Shown here one piece after another: positions 14,001 through 57,432 of a stretch of DNA of 64,000 nt. Made by a program: the position numbers and the translations under genes. Numbering within the stretch: position 1 is the stretch's first letter; each line of letters opens with the position of its first letter. Location of the stretch: positions 27,342,001 through 27,406,000 of the forward strand of contig CM120642.1 in the NCBI GenBank assembly GCA_051362555.1. Reading direction: 5' to 3'. The notes beneath the pieces are model-generated. The model worked only from the letters and a program-made list of their open reading frames with translations. It had not been told where the DNA came from and did no database searches. This DNA is from Lingula anatina (Eukaryota; Animalia; Brachiopoda).

Positions 14001-17000
14001 TAACAATACAATACAATATCAGATGTATATTGACAAATTAAAGCCACTTAGTAATCCATTCTCAAAACAAAATCAAGTTACATTATTACAGTCCATGTAC
14101 AATTCTTACATAACTAAAACAAATTTGCCTCAATTTTGTTGCGATTTTTTAAAAACTCACCATCAATAATTTATCATTCAACTTTGCTGTCAGTATAAAC
14201 CCAGTAGCCATATATCTGTTGAATGGCAGTTATATAGGTGGCCTTTTAGCTGCAACCTATCCAGCTCTGTGACATTTTTTAAAATATAAATCTTCTCAGT
14301 ACATGACAAATAAAAAACAGTGTCCCCTCCCTAGGCAAGGAAATAATGTTTACCTTTTAACAATGGCTTCCACAGTTCTCTTGCCTTTCTCTGCAGCCCT
14401 TGGTCCAGCAATCATAACAGCTGCAGTGGACCGATAACCAGCCATGTATGTTCCACACACCTGAAAAAATACAATTAATAAAAATCTTAAGGTAAAAATA
14501 TTTGAAATCTAAAAGTGCATCAGTGATAGGCAAAAGATCTTTTGTGGCATTAGGAAAATAAAAGATTCTAGAATTTGCTAATTCATGACAGTCTTTGGAT
14601 GTTGACAGTCTTTTTATTCTTACTTTGTAATGTGGTGTTGGTGGCTTGCCTTTTGCTCCTTGTACCAGCACTCGATCATCTGACATAAAAAAGAATATTG
14701 CAAAAATTCTCTATCATTAATTCAAATACCATCAATCAGAATGAAACCCAAATCTACAATGAGCAACTATTCTTCTATTCTACAAATTTAAATGAGTTAT
14801 TGACTTCGAAATTGTCAGCTGACTATTTCTTTTTTCTTAGCTTATTCAAGAGGGTTAAGTCTCTTATACTAACCACCAACTTGCTGAAGTTGAACCTCAG
14901 AAAAATCACAGATAACATCAGGCAGGATGTAGTTCTTTGGGTCTCCAATCTCATACGTGAGTTGCTCAGCAACTGTTCCCACGGAAACCAGCCCGCCAGT
15001 TTCATTGGGCTTCGTAAGTACAAAGGAGCCATCTTCTGAGCACTCAACAATAGGGAATCCTATAGTATCCCTGTGATTAAAAATCATACAGAATACTTCA
15101 TGTTAAAACTACTTGTGTCCACTATCTATACATATCTAACATTTGTCACGATGGGAATTGCAGAAATATGCCACCAATATGACTGCCACCTTGTTATGGC
15201 AAATAAACAATATTCAAACAAAACTGAAAACAAAACTATCATGTTTTGTTGATTATTCATGAAAAAGATAATGTGATCGTTCTAAAAAACCTGTAAATTC
15301 TTGTGGTTGTAGTGTCATATGGCAGTAAGGTAGAAGTGGTGAGATATCCAGAACCCATACACATACCAGTCAGGCACAAGGTGCCAATCTGTGAAGATAC
15401 CACCAGTTGCCTGGGCACCACATTCTATCAAGTGACCAGCCAAACTGAAATGACAAACATATACAGCAATATAACATTACAAATATCATATGTTAATTCA
15501 CATCAAACATGACTTAATGTAACACCTAATGAAATGTTGAAAGTTCATGTAATAATCTAAAAATAAGCATAACTTTGAAAATGCAGTACACTACACTGAA
15601 AATAATGTTTTCTCCACACTTACCTCCCTGCAGCTAAACGGTCAAAGTCATCCATCTTCCACTGAAACTGTCAACAAACAAACAAGTTTTAAATGTACTG
15701 AATTTGGACATAAAAAACCAGTAGCATAATATTCCTGTGAATGTCTGGTGCATCTTTAAAAGGAGAACTGACAGTATGGTCTGATCAAGTGCTTGTTCAC
15801 ATACACTGTAGGCAGACCTAAATTTATTGAGTCAGGGGTAAATTTATAAACTGAAGTAAATTTATAAATGATAAAAAAAAATTTATCAATTGTTTACTAA
15901 GTTTAACTTTGCTGGTTCACACGTTTTGAACAGGGCTTTCTGTTAATACATACATGGTGCAGCAAGGGTCCCAGCACTAAAGCACTATCAGTACAACGCC
16001 CAGTGATCACTACATCTGCACCCATATTCAGAGCATCGGCAATAGGGCCAGCCCTGAAAGTAACATAAAAAACATATAATGCCATACAAATATTTTTCCT
16101 CATCATGAATACATTATCTAAGGTAAATAGTTATATCTAGGCTCACAACAACAAAGAAAATTTAGCCAAAATTTAAAGTTTGATTTGGTTACAGAAAAAT
16201 AATGTGTATTCTTTTTTTTTTTTTTGCCTAATTTTGTATCAAATTTTAATTTTGTTAAAAGAATCCAAGTTCATTTGCCAAAATGAATTTCATCCTAAAA
16301 TGAGCCAAGCATGTTAAAGACGACCCTATGTATCAGCTCTGAAAAAAAATCAATTTAAGAGATGTACAAAAGATCAAATTTAATTTCTAAGACCTTTAAA
16401 AAAATGTAACAAAACATAACAGCTTACCCCAAGTAGGCATTTAAACTAACAACTTGAGCAGCATTTGGAAACTTCTGGCCATTATCTATATCTGTTAAAT
16501 TCAGCTCAGCTAATTCTTCTTTCTGGAATACAAACCAAAATATTTTTTCTCTTTTACCCTTGAAATTATCGTGACACACAGTCACACCTAACACATTCTT
16601 AAGTTTCTACACAATCACATCTCTAATTTATTTGCTGTGTAATTTCTGATTTTTAGTATTTAGTATATCCACCTTTAACAGTATTTCTGATTTATATTTC
16701 TCAATGCAATGCTTTCACTTTTTATCAACTGTAATCATGTAATTAATTAATCTAAGTTTCTCAATGCAATGCTATCATTTTTTATCAACTGTATGCATGT
16801 AATTAATTAATCTAAGTAAAAATGTCCAATATAATTTACAGTAGACACCATCTTCTCAAACCATACATCACATTTCAAATTTTGTACTCTAATTGTAGCA
16901 GCTTTTTTAAGGGGGGGGGGGGGAGGGAAGGGGCCAGCCACCATGCTGGTCACAAACTGGTTCACTTTAGTATGTATGTATGAAAACTGGTCTTAATTGC

Positions 17001-18455
17001 TTACTTGCTGAGATCTCTTTCAACATTCTATAATTGATTAGTGCATAATCTGCCTGCTGCAAATCATCAGACCTACCCGAGCAGTAATGTCATCTCCTGT
17101 TACCACGGCAATATTAAGGTCCACGCCTTTCCGTTTTGCCATATCGTTTAGTGCTGCAGCACATGCAACTGGATTCACACCTCCAGCATTGCTGATGATC
17201 TTCACACCTGAAAGGAAAATTATATAATTAAACCTAAGTTAAAAATTCAAAATTACCAGCCCTTTCTACATGCCATGCCTAGAATTGTGCCCTGCTTGTA
17301 TAGTTGACAGAACAAAAGAATTACTGCTGCAATGCTGGTGAGCAATTATATCTTACCCCTGTTCTTGATATGTTCAAGGTACGGACCAACACTAGCCTGC
17401 AGAAAATCAGGACAGTAACCAGCATCCTGAAAGCAGAATCATTGGTAAATATTAGAAGTGCACTTTATTTGTGGCACAGTCAATTGTCAATCAAATATGT
17501 AAATACAACTTTTTTTTATGATACTACACAGCAGGAAAAAATATATACATATTGAACCCATGAGAGTCTGGCCCTATAGAAATTAAAGCCGATATATATT
17601 TTATATTTGCTCTATTACTGAACAGTTTCTCTCTGGATCTGTAGGTTTTTTCACTGACAGGCCAGCATTTAGGCTTAGAAGATTTGACAATAACTTAATT
17701 TTCAACTTTCACTTTGTCAAATACAAATTTTTAGCATTACGATTTACCGGATGTTTTCTCTTGGCTGCAGTAAGCAAGGACATTGTTATCTCCGAGAGGT
17801 AATCAGATACCAAATAGTCTAGATTACCTTTTAACATCAGCTGTTGAGCTAGAATAAAAAGATGCAATTTCATGGAATAAACTGTGATTTCTTACTACAA
17901 AGTAAGAATTACAATTTCCATTAGTTTGTATAAAATTATATTTCAATGCTCTGAAAGCCTTCTTCTGCATACATGAGTTTGTAGTTTTAATAACGACAAA
18001 AAGGGGCATGTGGATAATGTTCTGACACTGGTTTGCCACTCATGCCATTATGTAATTTGTGTAACGGTAAAATCAAGAGGAAATTATGACAGTGGACGCC
18101 CCCCCCCCCCCCCAGAAGGTGTTTCCAACGTGTTTCACTTATGTGCTTGCACATCCACGAGTATGAGCATTTCAAAGCAAAATAAACTATCTGGTTGAAG
18201 GTTCTCACTGCCTGTATCGACAGAAATATCAAGCAAATGTAGATGTCAGAGTCCACACGTCGGGATACCTGCAACAGTTGTATCCCCCCAAAATCCAGAA
18301 CAGCAACCTATTCTGATGGATTGCTTTGATTTGCTGTAATGGCGAATCTGTTGTCTTTTGATAGAAGCAATAACCCCAATGGAACGGGACCATTTTAACC
18401 CATATAAAGGGCATAATTTGCCCACGTCTCGAACAAGACATGCGAGTGCAGACAT
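11087..18455 (-). CDS. AtuA-like (DUF1446, acyclic terpene utilisation family) protein with C-terminal AtuA ferredoxin-like domains, ~645 aa, probable mitochondrial presequence
   Basis: 19 phase-consistent exons: 18455-18269, 17848-17748, 17426-17357, 17207-17077, 16522-16428, 16053-15954, 15667-15624, 15444-15367, 15070-14874, 14679-14624, 14460-14354, 13942-13837, 13757-13658, 13336-13294, 12880-12829, 12617-12431, 12103-11983, 11626-11536, 11158-11087 (TGA); total 1938 nt. Family motifs [111 protein letters not shown]. Confidence 0.92.
13028..13266. mobile_element. Small MITE in an intron of the AtuA-like gene
   Basis: GGGGTTCATCCATTTTT ... AAAAATGGATGACCCC terminal inverted repeats. Confidence 0.55.
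16697..16817. repeat. 60-bp direct tandem duplication
   Basis: TTTCTCAATGCAATGCT..TAATTAATTAATCTAAG twice. Confidence 0.85.
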
Positions 18456-18704
18456 CCTTTCGATCCCACAATTCGCCGTCAAAACTTCCGGCATTGTTGA
18501 TGCGCTTGCGCAAAAGGTCACATGATACTGTTTTTACCACATCGATAGTACAAGATTCCCTGGGCTTGATAAGCCTCCTAAAATAATTTTGCACAGCTTA
18601 TTAATGAGCCATGGATATATAGACTGGAGATCGGAGTTGTCCCAACGCACCAAGGATCTTTGTAGCACAATAAGGAGTCACTGGTTGGGATCAGATCGCT
18701 AAAA
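18456..18704. promoter_or_regulatory. Compact bidirectional promoter shared by the AtuA-like and JIP3/4 genes
   Basis: Divergent ATGs ~250 bp apart; locally CpG-rich; ETS site ACTTCCGG (18484-18491), NRF1-like TGCGCTTGCGCA (18501-18512), E-box GGTCACATGA (18516-18525). Confidence 0.7.
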
Positions 18705-50107
<31,403 letters not shown>

Positions 50108-52355
50108 TGTTATATGTGTGAACTGGTATATGTAACTCACTTGAAAATGTTGCTGAAACTCATTTGTAAGGCAGACAGACAGATGAACCCACCCCAAAAA
50201 TTGCGAAGCTTATTTGTTTAATAGCCCTCCCAGCAAGTCGAAATGGTACTTTATTAATTTAAACAGATATACTGAATGGGCAAACTGATATGTTTAAAGC
50301 TTATATTAAGTTTAAACATAGGCCCAGCATACTTCAGCACAAAAAGGGCAAGGTTAGAGACCTTGTTTAATTGATTCATGCAGTATACTAGATATATAAT
50401 TTATTGTTTATTTGAATAGTTTTAACTGGTGCTGATACAGTGAAGGAAAGAGTCAGTGTGTCTCTTTATTTTTTTCTCATAATTAGCTTTCAGTAGAAGC
50501 TATTTACCTCAAAGCTTTTATTACATTTATTTTAAAAATGTGAAAAAAACGTGAAGTCATGAAAGAAAAGTAAAATTTATTTGGCAGTTTCCATTACCCT
50601 TGAAACATACCAGCTGTCAGATTTGCATAATAGGTTTTCAAGTTAACTTGTTTAAAAATGAGAATTCAATTAATGGTTCAACTTGGTTCTTAATTTAAAC
50701 AAAAGATGTGAAGACTGAAAAAAAAATTGTGTATGATATATATTTATATATTTTAAGACTATTGGAGGGACAATTCAAGAATGTAATTTAACACATTTCA
50801 TTGAACTGAAATCATTGTTGAAGTTTGGCCAAATGCTATTTTACTATGACTAGATGTGTTTGATGTCACATGGACTTGCAGAAAGTTAAACTTGTATTAA
50901 ATGTTCATATTACCTGTATGTGCCCAGGAAATAGATAATTGTAATAAATGTACAAATGACCTGTAACTGCTAAAATATCAAGTTATAATAAGTGTTAGTA
51001 CAGTATTTTAGTAATTAGTGTTTTAGCCAATATAGTATGTTATATGTGAAACCAGATAATTGTGATAGTCGTTACGAAAAATTTATAACCATTTAATGTT
51101 TTTACAGTTGCTTATTTAAAAGTTTAATGCAGTTTTGTCATTGATTTTTGTTTCCAGAAACTTAGTCCATCAAGTAGCAGCTGTTCAGTTTTGGGCTGTG
51201 CATTCCTTCCTGTAATTAATATCTATTGGTATTCAACAAAGGAAAACAGTTTGACATTAAAATCTGGTGATACTTCCATATTAGATAAGGTTAAGTAAGA
51301 AATGAAATTTTATTGAAATGATTTTATGGGAAATAATTTTGTAAATGACATTTTTTTTTACTAATTTTCTTACTTCCAGAGACAGAACAGTATATTAATC
51401 TATTTCTTGCAAGGAAATTATATTTTTAAGGATTCAAATAATGTGACAGCACTGTTTATTGCAATATAATTGTTTCACATTATGTAGCTGATGATATTAT
51501 AATGTAGTGGATGTTAATGGTATCATGAAGCATTTTTAATTTGCCCAAAAGCTTGCATTTTCAAGTAAATAATTATGTCGTTGAAGGTCATCTTCCTCAC
51601 AACCTCAACCAAATTGTAATGTAGTATAATTTGCTTAGAAGATATGCAAAATGATGGTTTTAAATTAAACTGCAGGGCTAAAACCACAAACAAAATATTT
51701 GTATTAGCTATTAAATTATTTGTCATTATTGTAACCAAGGCCCTGCGTCAATATAGATATTTACCATTTTAGTTTCATGTGTCCTATACATGTATTCTAC
51801 CATGGGAAATGGCAATGTGCTTATATCTCTCACTGATTAGACTTAAAAGTGTTCTCTTCTAAATCAACTGGATGCTTTGGTCATGTTGGAATAAAAGTGA
51901 GTATTTGAAGATCAAGGGTCTGTTTATATTTTTCTATCAGCAGTCTGTCAGTCTGTCTTCTATCAACATTTACCGTAATTTTTTACCCAACATTTATTTA
52001 AGTCCCTAATTCATCATATTACATCATATTGATGTTATTTCAAGTATTACAGTGTACCCAAAATTAACATTAGAGATTGGATTAGTCAAACTGTATGACT
52101 ATTTGTGTCACCTGGACGTGGACTTCCATCCCATAAATCTAAAATGATTTACTCCATATTGCATTTTACATAGTTTCTCAGTGTACATTCCAAATCTGAC
52201 AACAATATTCAATAAAAAGCATTTTTATAAATTATTCAAATATACATATTGCTTAGTCAAACCATTGCAGCAAAAAAAGTTTTCTCTCTTTTCCTGGTAT
52301 ATGAATATTCTCTACATAAATAATATTGTAAACCGTTTTAACCGTACACAAATAC

Positions 52356-55315
52356 TCAACCATTTACTCCAGCTAATTCAGCAAGCACTGTGAGGAGCTG
52401 ATCTTTAATCTTTAACCTGCTAGTTTGTTCAGAGGATGGTTTTGCGCATTCATCTAATAATTTGTCCAGTCCCCAAGTGGTTTTAATGATATCTGGCATG
52501 CTGTGTAGAAGCCCCCCAGGGCGACCTTCGTCATCGGCGTAGCTGGATAAAATGCCACGACAAACTGCATAGTAATTGTGGTCCGCCACCAGGCGCGTGC
52601 AAAGGTTGTCTGGTGAGAAGGAAAGACAGTTGTGATTTGGAATGCATTCATCAAAGGTGCTTGTTAGTACTGTGTCCCACTGTGGTGGTCGATCTGGAAG
52701 GAGAAACAAAAAGTGCACTTATTTCTGTGAAAATCTTGAGAAAAATGAAAAGTGACAGTCTGAGAGTGAATTTCTTTCAGACAAAATCATGACTGAAAAG
52801 TCAATTTTTAATTTCACAGAATCAGTCTTCTTAACTTGAATTAATGTTTAATGTGAAAAATGAATTTCCTAAATGAAATGGACTCCAACTTTAATTTAAA
52901 ATTGGTTTAATATTTTGTATGCAATATTCACATAAAATCACATGGTGCAACATCTGTTTGAATACACTAACATAGCCAGTGAGTGTATATCTTAATTTCC
53001 TGGAATCGACTTCATGGAATCATGTAATGTCATCTTTCAGGGATGAGACTGCCATATAGTGAAAAAGTCAAAAAATATGGGGTCTAGGGGACCGCAAAGG
53101 CAAATGATATTTTGGGCTCCCAAAAAGTGGGAAATCCGTCGATGGTCAGAAAAATCTCACCCCTGATCTTTGTTATAACTTTGCAAGCCCAGACAGACAT
53201 AGTATAAATTTTAATTTAAAAATGAACATATATACTCATTTATCATGTTGCCTCATTTTACCATGCAAAGAGTGATTTTCTAAGAACTTCACTTAACCTA
53301 CAGACTTATGAACAGACCTAGGGTAAGAAAGTATTAGAACCATTATCAAGCACAATACCTTGAATAATTTTCAGTTTGTCCACCACTATGATATTCTCCA
53401 GATCTACCACCACTACCCTGCCATCAGGGTCAACTGCAATATTATCATAGCTGACATCTGTCCAGTAGAGTGACCAGTTCCCCTTGTTGTTGGTCAGCAG
53501 GTCTGCTATTTGGAATAGCTGGTAAGCAAGTCCAACCTGGTGGATAAGGTCATATATATATGTATTATTTATTCCATGGTCAAGTACAACACAAAAAGGG
53601 CAAAATGTTTAGCTCTAGCTAGCTACAATGTTCACAGATTACAAGTGGCTTAAAGAAATAAAATTTTCAAAAAATCAAGAAAAATTGAATTTTGCCAAAC
53701 AAATAGCTTACTGGAATAACAAATTTCTTCACATCTGGAGAGTAGACAAGGCAAAGTTAAATTTTAATTTAAAATATTTTATAATTGTACACTTTCTCAC
53801 ACCACTGTTCTGGCCAATGAACTTCCTGTCTGTATGTACAACTTTAAAATTAATACTTTTTAATTTCAGATCTTTTTTCAATAAATATACAGTAATAAAT
53901 AATCTCTCAAAATCCATAAAAGCAATCACAAAAAAGGTTGAACCTCCTGCTTTACTAGCCAGCTATTTAACTTAACAATTGTTCTTCTATATTATATCAC
54001 TAATTATTATACTAATATTTTTTCATCTTTATTTTTATTGCAAGCGCCTATGCTTACATTTATTTACTAGTAAAGTTATTGCTATCATTCTCCATGTTTT
54101 TTTTTTCACAATAAACGAGAAATGAAAAACTGAAATATTACCCTGGTCCTCCAAGGTGAAAGATAGTAATCTCCTAATGATTTCCCGACGTACTGCTCCA
54201 CAACCATACGTCCACAAGCACCGTAATATCTTGGAAATGGCCAACCATTGTCTTGATGGAATATCTGAAATATTCAGTTATCATAAGTAAGATTGGAATG
54301 CAATGGGATGTGTAATTTAAAGTTTAGGTGTAGTCAAGCAAGTAAAAGAGACTGATACCTTGTACATTTGGTATGCTATTCTTCCCGATTTCATTCTTGT
54401 TTTTTTCTTTATCGAAATTCCACTGTTCTTCCCCCCTTTTAAAATCCTGCAAAAAACTGCCACTACCATTCTCCTCAACAAGTTATAATGAATGGCAATT
54501 GCCGAGATTGATTTTCTTAATCATGCATTTGGTAAGTTTTAACATCAAAGTACTTCTATGGTTTTAAGTTTCATTGCTAACCAAGCTTTATTTGAGAAAT
54601 TTAGGCAATCAATTTTATATCAATTTTAATTCGGTGAGGCATTATTGTATTTACATCAAATGAAGAAATTAGATTCCTAGGTCATTACCTGCATTATCAC
54701 AGGCTCTGGATTAGCAGCCAGGGTGGTCAGCAGCACCATTATTCTCTCTGGTGTCCATCTCTTCTGGACATCCTGTCCAACGAGATATCTCTCAGAGTAT
54801 CTATTCAATATCAGATCCACAAGTCTTTTTGACGGACACCTGGTCAAATCCGATATCCCAGTGACCAGTTCTAGTAAGAATTTTTTACTGCGTAAATGAG
54901 ATGTAAATAGTGGCTCGAGATGCAACTTGTTAACTTCACAGCTACTCGTAGTTTTGTTGGCCAGAGAGCAGAGCTTTCTGTCAAGAGTTGTAAGCTCTTT
55001 GTCGTGACCCAGTTTTTTCAGGACTACCCATCTGTGACTATGCCGTGCAAAGAATACATTTTTTACATTGATAAGGTTGGAAAGTCCAGTCCCTGACCAT
55101 GATTTTGGAATGACCCTCTTTTCGAGCAGGTGGTCGCAGTACGAGACTCCATAACAAGCTGGGCATTTGTGCAATTCAAGAAAAGCTGCAGTACTAAGAT
55201 GGTCACTACATAAATAGTAAACTGAATAAGCTGCCAAAATGAGCAGAATGAGAAGCGATGCAGATCTACATTTTCTCCTTAAGAGCAATGTTTTGATTTT
55301 GTTACACCTGGTCAT
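52356..55315 (-). CDS. DIPK2A: Divergent protein kinase domain 2A (C3orf58/DIA1, FAM69-like secretory-pathway kinase), ~421 aa
   Basis: Exons 55315-54689, 54264-54142, 53536-53359, 52693-52356 (1266 nt). N-terminal signal anchor, CPACYG, VVLKKLG, NPEPVIMQ, GWPFPRYYGACGR, LYWTDVSYDNIAV, VDLENIIVVD, DHNYYAVC. Probable non-coding first exon ending at 55858 (acceptor 55470). Confidence 0.93.
53038..53165. mobile_element. Small hAT-like MITE
   Basis: CAGGGATGAGA / TCTCACCCCTG termini; ATCTTT on both flanks. Confidence 0.5.
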
Positions 55316-55979
55316 TCTTACTCAGAAAAAATATTTGTATTGCACTCATGCTAGTCTGAAAAGTCACAGATTTATTGGTGTGCTTTTCCATCATCTGTAT
55401 AGCATGTTAAAATCAAAAGCTTTCCTGAATAACTTTGACACTATCTGGAACATTTCATCCGTAATTTTAACTGCAAATATAGAAAAAATACCACAAATAT
55501 TAATCTGAAAAAAAAAACACTCTTTAAGTAGTGACTGTCTAGCTACAGTACTAGTACTTACAGTACCTTAACATTTCCTAAATATTTCAATCGGAGATGT
55601 TACATAAGACTTTCTCAAATAGTAACCTAGAACTTAAAAGTTACAACTTACAATTGACTTTATGTTATCACTGTGTCCATTTTATAGGTTTAATAATAAT
55701 AATATGATTTAATAACTCGGGCAACATTCAGGTTTCACAAAGTTAACGTTAGAATTTCACGTTAATGTAATTACCATTTATCCTCTGAGTCCCTAAAGCA
55801 TAAAAATTCAATGCTCCATGTCATTGTTATTTTACGGTAAACTAATTCAAAACTTACTTCAAATGTTCGCTTTAGTTACACCTTTAATTTCTTCGTGTAA
55901 TAGCAGTGAAGCGCAAGTACTGTCATGTGTCGCTTGTTCTCTTGTATTTAGAGATTTGAAAACTGTTCTCTTTACTGAC

Positions 55980-56960
55980 AATCGGCAATCCTCGGCCAAT
56001 TCCGCAAGCTCCATACTGCGGAGACATCCGAGTAGTTCCGAGTGCTTTACTGACACAGCTGTCGCATTTTTTCGGTTGTGCATTGACACAACTGTCGCAT
56101 TTTGGCGCTGTGCGTTAGAAACATGCGTGCGAGCATGAGAGAGGGTGGTTGAAATAACATAATTTCACCTGAAACTCCTCCTGTAAATAAAAAAATATGC
56201 CCTATCTCCAACGTTTATTCATGTATTCATCGCACGCTGCAGTTTCGCAGTTTCCAGAAAGATCACAAACGTACATGTACATGTACGTGTTATATGGTTG
56301 CGCAATTCCGCATCCTTTTAAGTTTGTCTGTTTTTGTAAATTTCATCAAAACTTCCCTAGCCTTTGTTTCACAATCATGAACACCTCGCTCATCTATGCA
56401 TTTTTTTTTTCATATAAAAACTGAATAAATACTTTTGTAATTTGGCCTTTTTTTCTTTTTTTCGTTGTTTAAATGAAATTAATTGTGACTGTACATATAA
56501 AGATAATATATACTATAGTAGATAATTAAAGTACCATTTTGTGTTTGAGGACTTTCAAATTCATTGTGCTTAATCTGATCTGTAAATAATGTCTTGCTGT
56601 TTTTGTGATGGTTTTTTATGGTACTTAAAGATGTCTAAAAATGAATTAGATGCAAATGTTTTGACAAATATATGCCCCGCACCCACAATTTGCGTCACGT
56701 CTTTACAAACTGTTTCTTCAAGAACAAATTATTCCATACAGGACAAATAAGTGTGGTTCTATCCAATTTTGGTTAAGACAATCACGGTTACTGCTATCTG
56801 CATATATATTACTGTCTGCACCTGGTTTTGCTTGGGAGGCCACACCCAGCACAGAATGATAACTAGGGACTCTTTCCATGCGCACTTAAATGCGCAGTTG
56901 CTTGAAATGCTGCATACCGGAAGTTGACCAGGAGAGGTAAACAAAAGCGAATTTGAAAGC
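55980..56960. promoter_or_regulatory. Divergent promoter region between DIPK2A and the EGF-repeat gene
   Basis: CpG-richer patches at ~55980-56140 and ~56670-56960; ETS CCGGAAGT ~56917, TGCGTCAC ~56691; first donor ACA|GTGAGT at 57057. Confidence 0.5.
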
Positions 56961-57432
56961 CGTTGTTGATCAAATGTGTTACCTTCTAAGTGCAAGAGAT
57001 CTCTTGAGTGATAAGAGATTGAAGCGTCCTTATTAGAAGATGTTTTAACGTATAACAGTGAGTAGTTTATTAAAAATACTAATCAACTCTATTAAATTCA
57101 TGGTACTTTGGCGCCATACGTTGGTTCGAATCAAATCGTGACATGAGTGATAACGTTAGTAGTGTGTAAAATAGTTATAAGAAGTATTGTTACAGCGATT
57201 GTACCAATAATATACAGGCTAGAGCTTATTACACGCTGGGAGGCTTTACTTGGGATCCTCGTGTAAAATTCTGGTCTCAATTAGTCCTGGATTTACAATG
57301 TACTGTACATGTACTAGTATGATTGTTTAACCTGAAGCTGACAACAAATTATCTTTTATTATTTTTTATTCTTTTTCTAGGCATGAGATAAGGCACAGAT
57401 ATGACAGGACTGCTACAATGTAAAAGGACAAC

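Noticed and set aside
18260-18268. AtuA-like intron 1 donor GTATCCCG resembling a U12 donor
   Set aside because: Deviates from GTATCCTT and there is no TCCTTAAC branch site near the acceptor.
11087-18455. Bacterial contamination or recent horizontal transfer of atuA
   Set aside because: 18 canonical introns, host-like base composition and a promoter shared with JIP3/4.
18229-18594. 121-aa minus-strand ORF overlapping AtuA-like exon 1 and the promoter
   Set aside because: Non-ATG start in an alternative frame of a GC-richer region; no recognisable domain.
57110-57145. Pol III B-box-like GGTTCGAATC suggesting a tRNA or SINE
   Set aside because: No A-box at proper spacing, no acceptor stem or cloverleaf, no oligo-T terminator.
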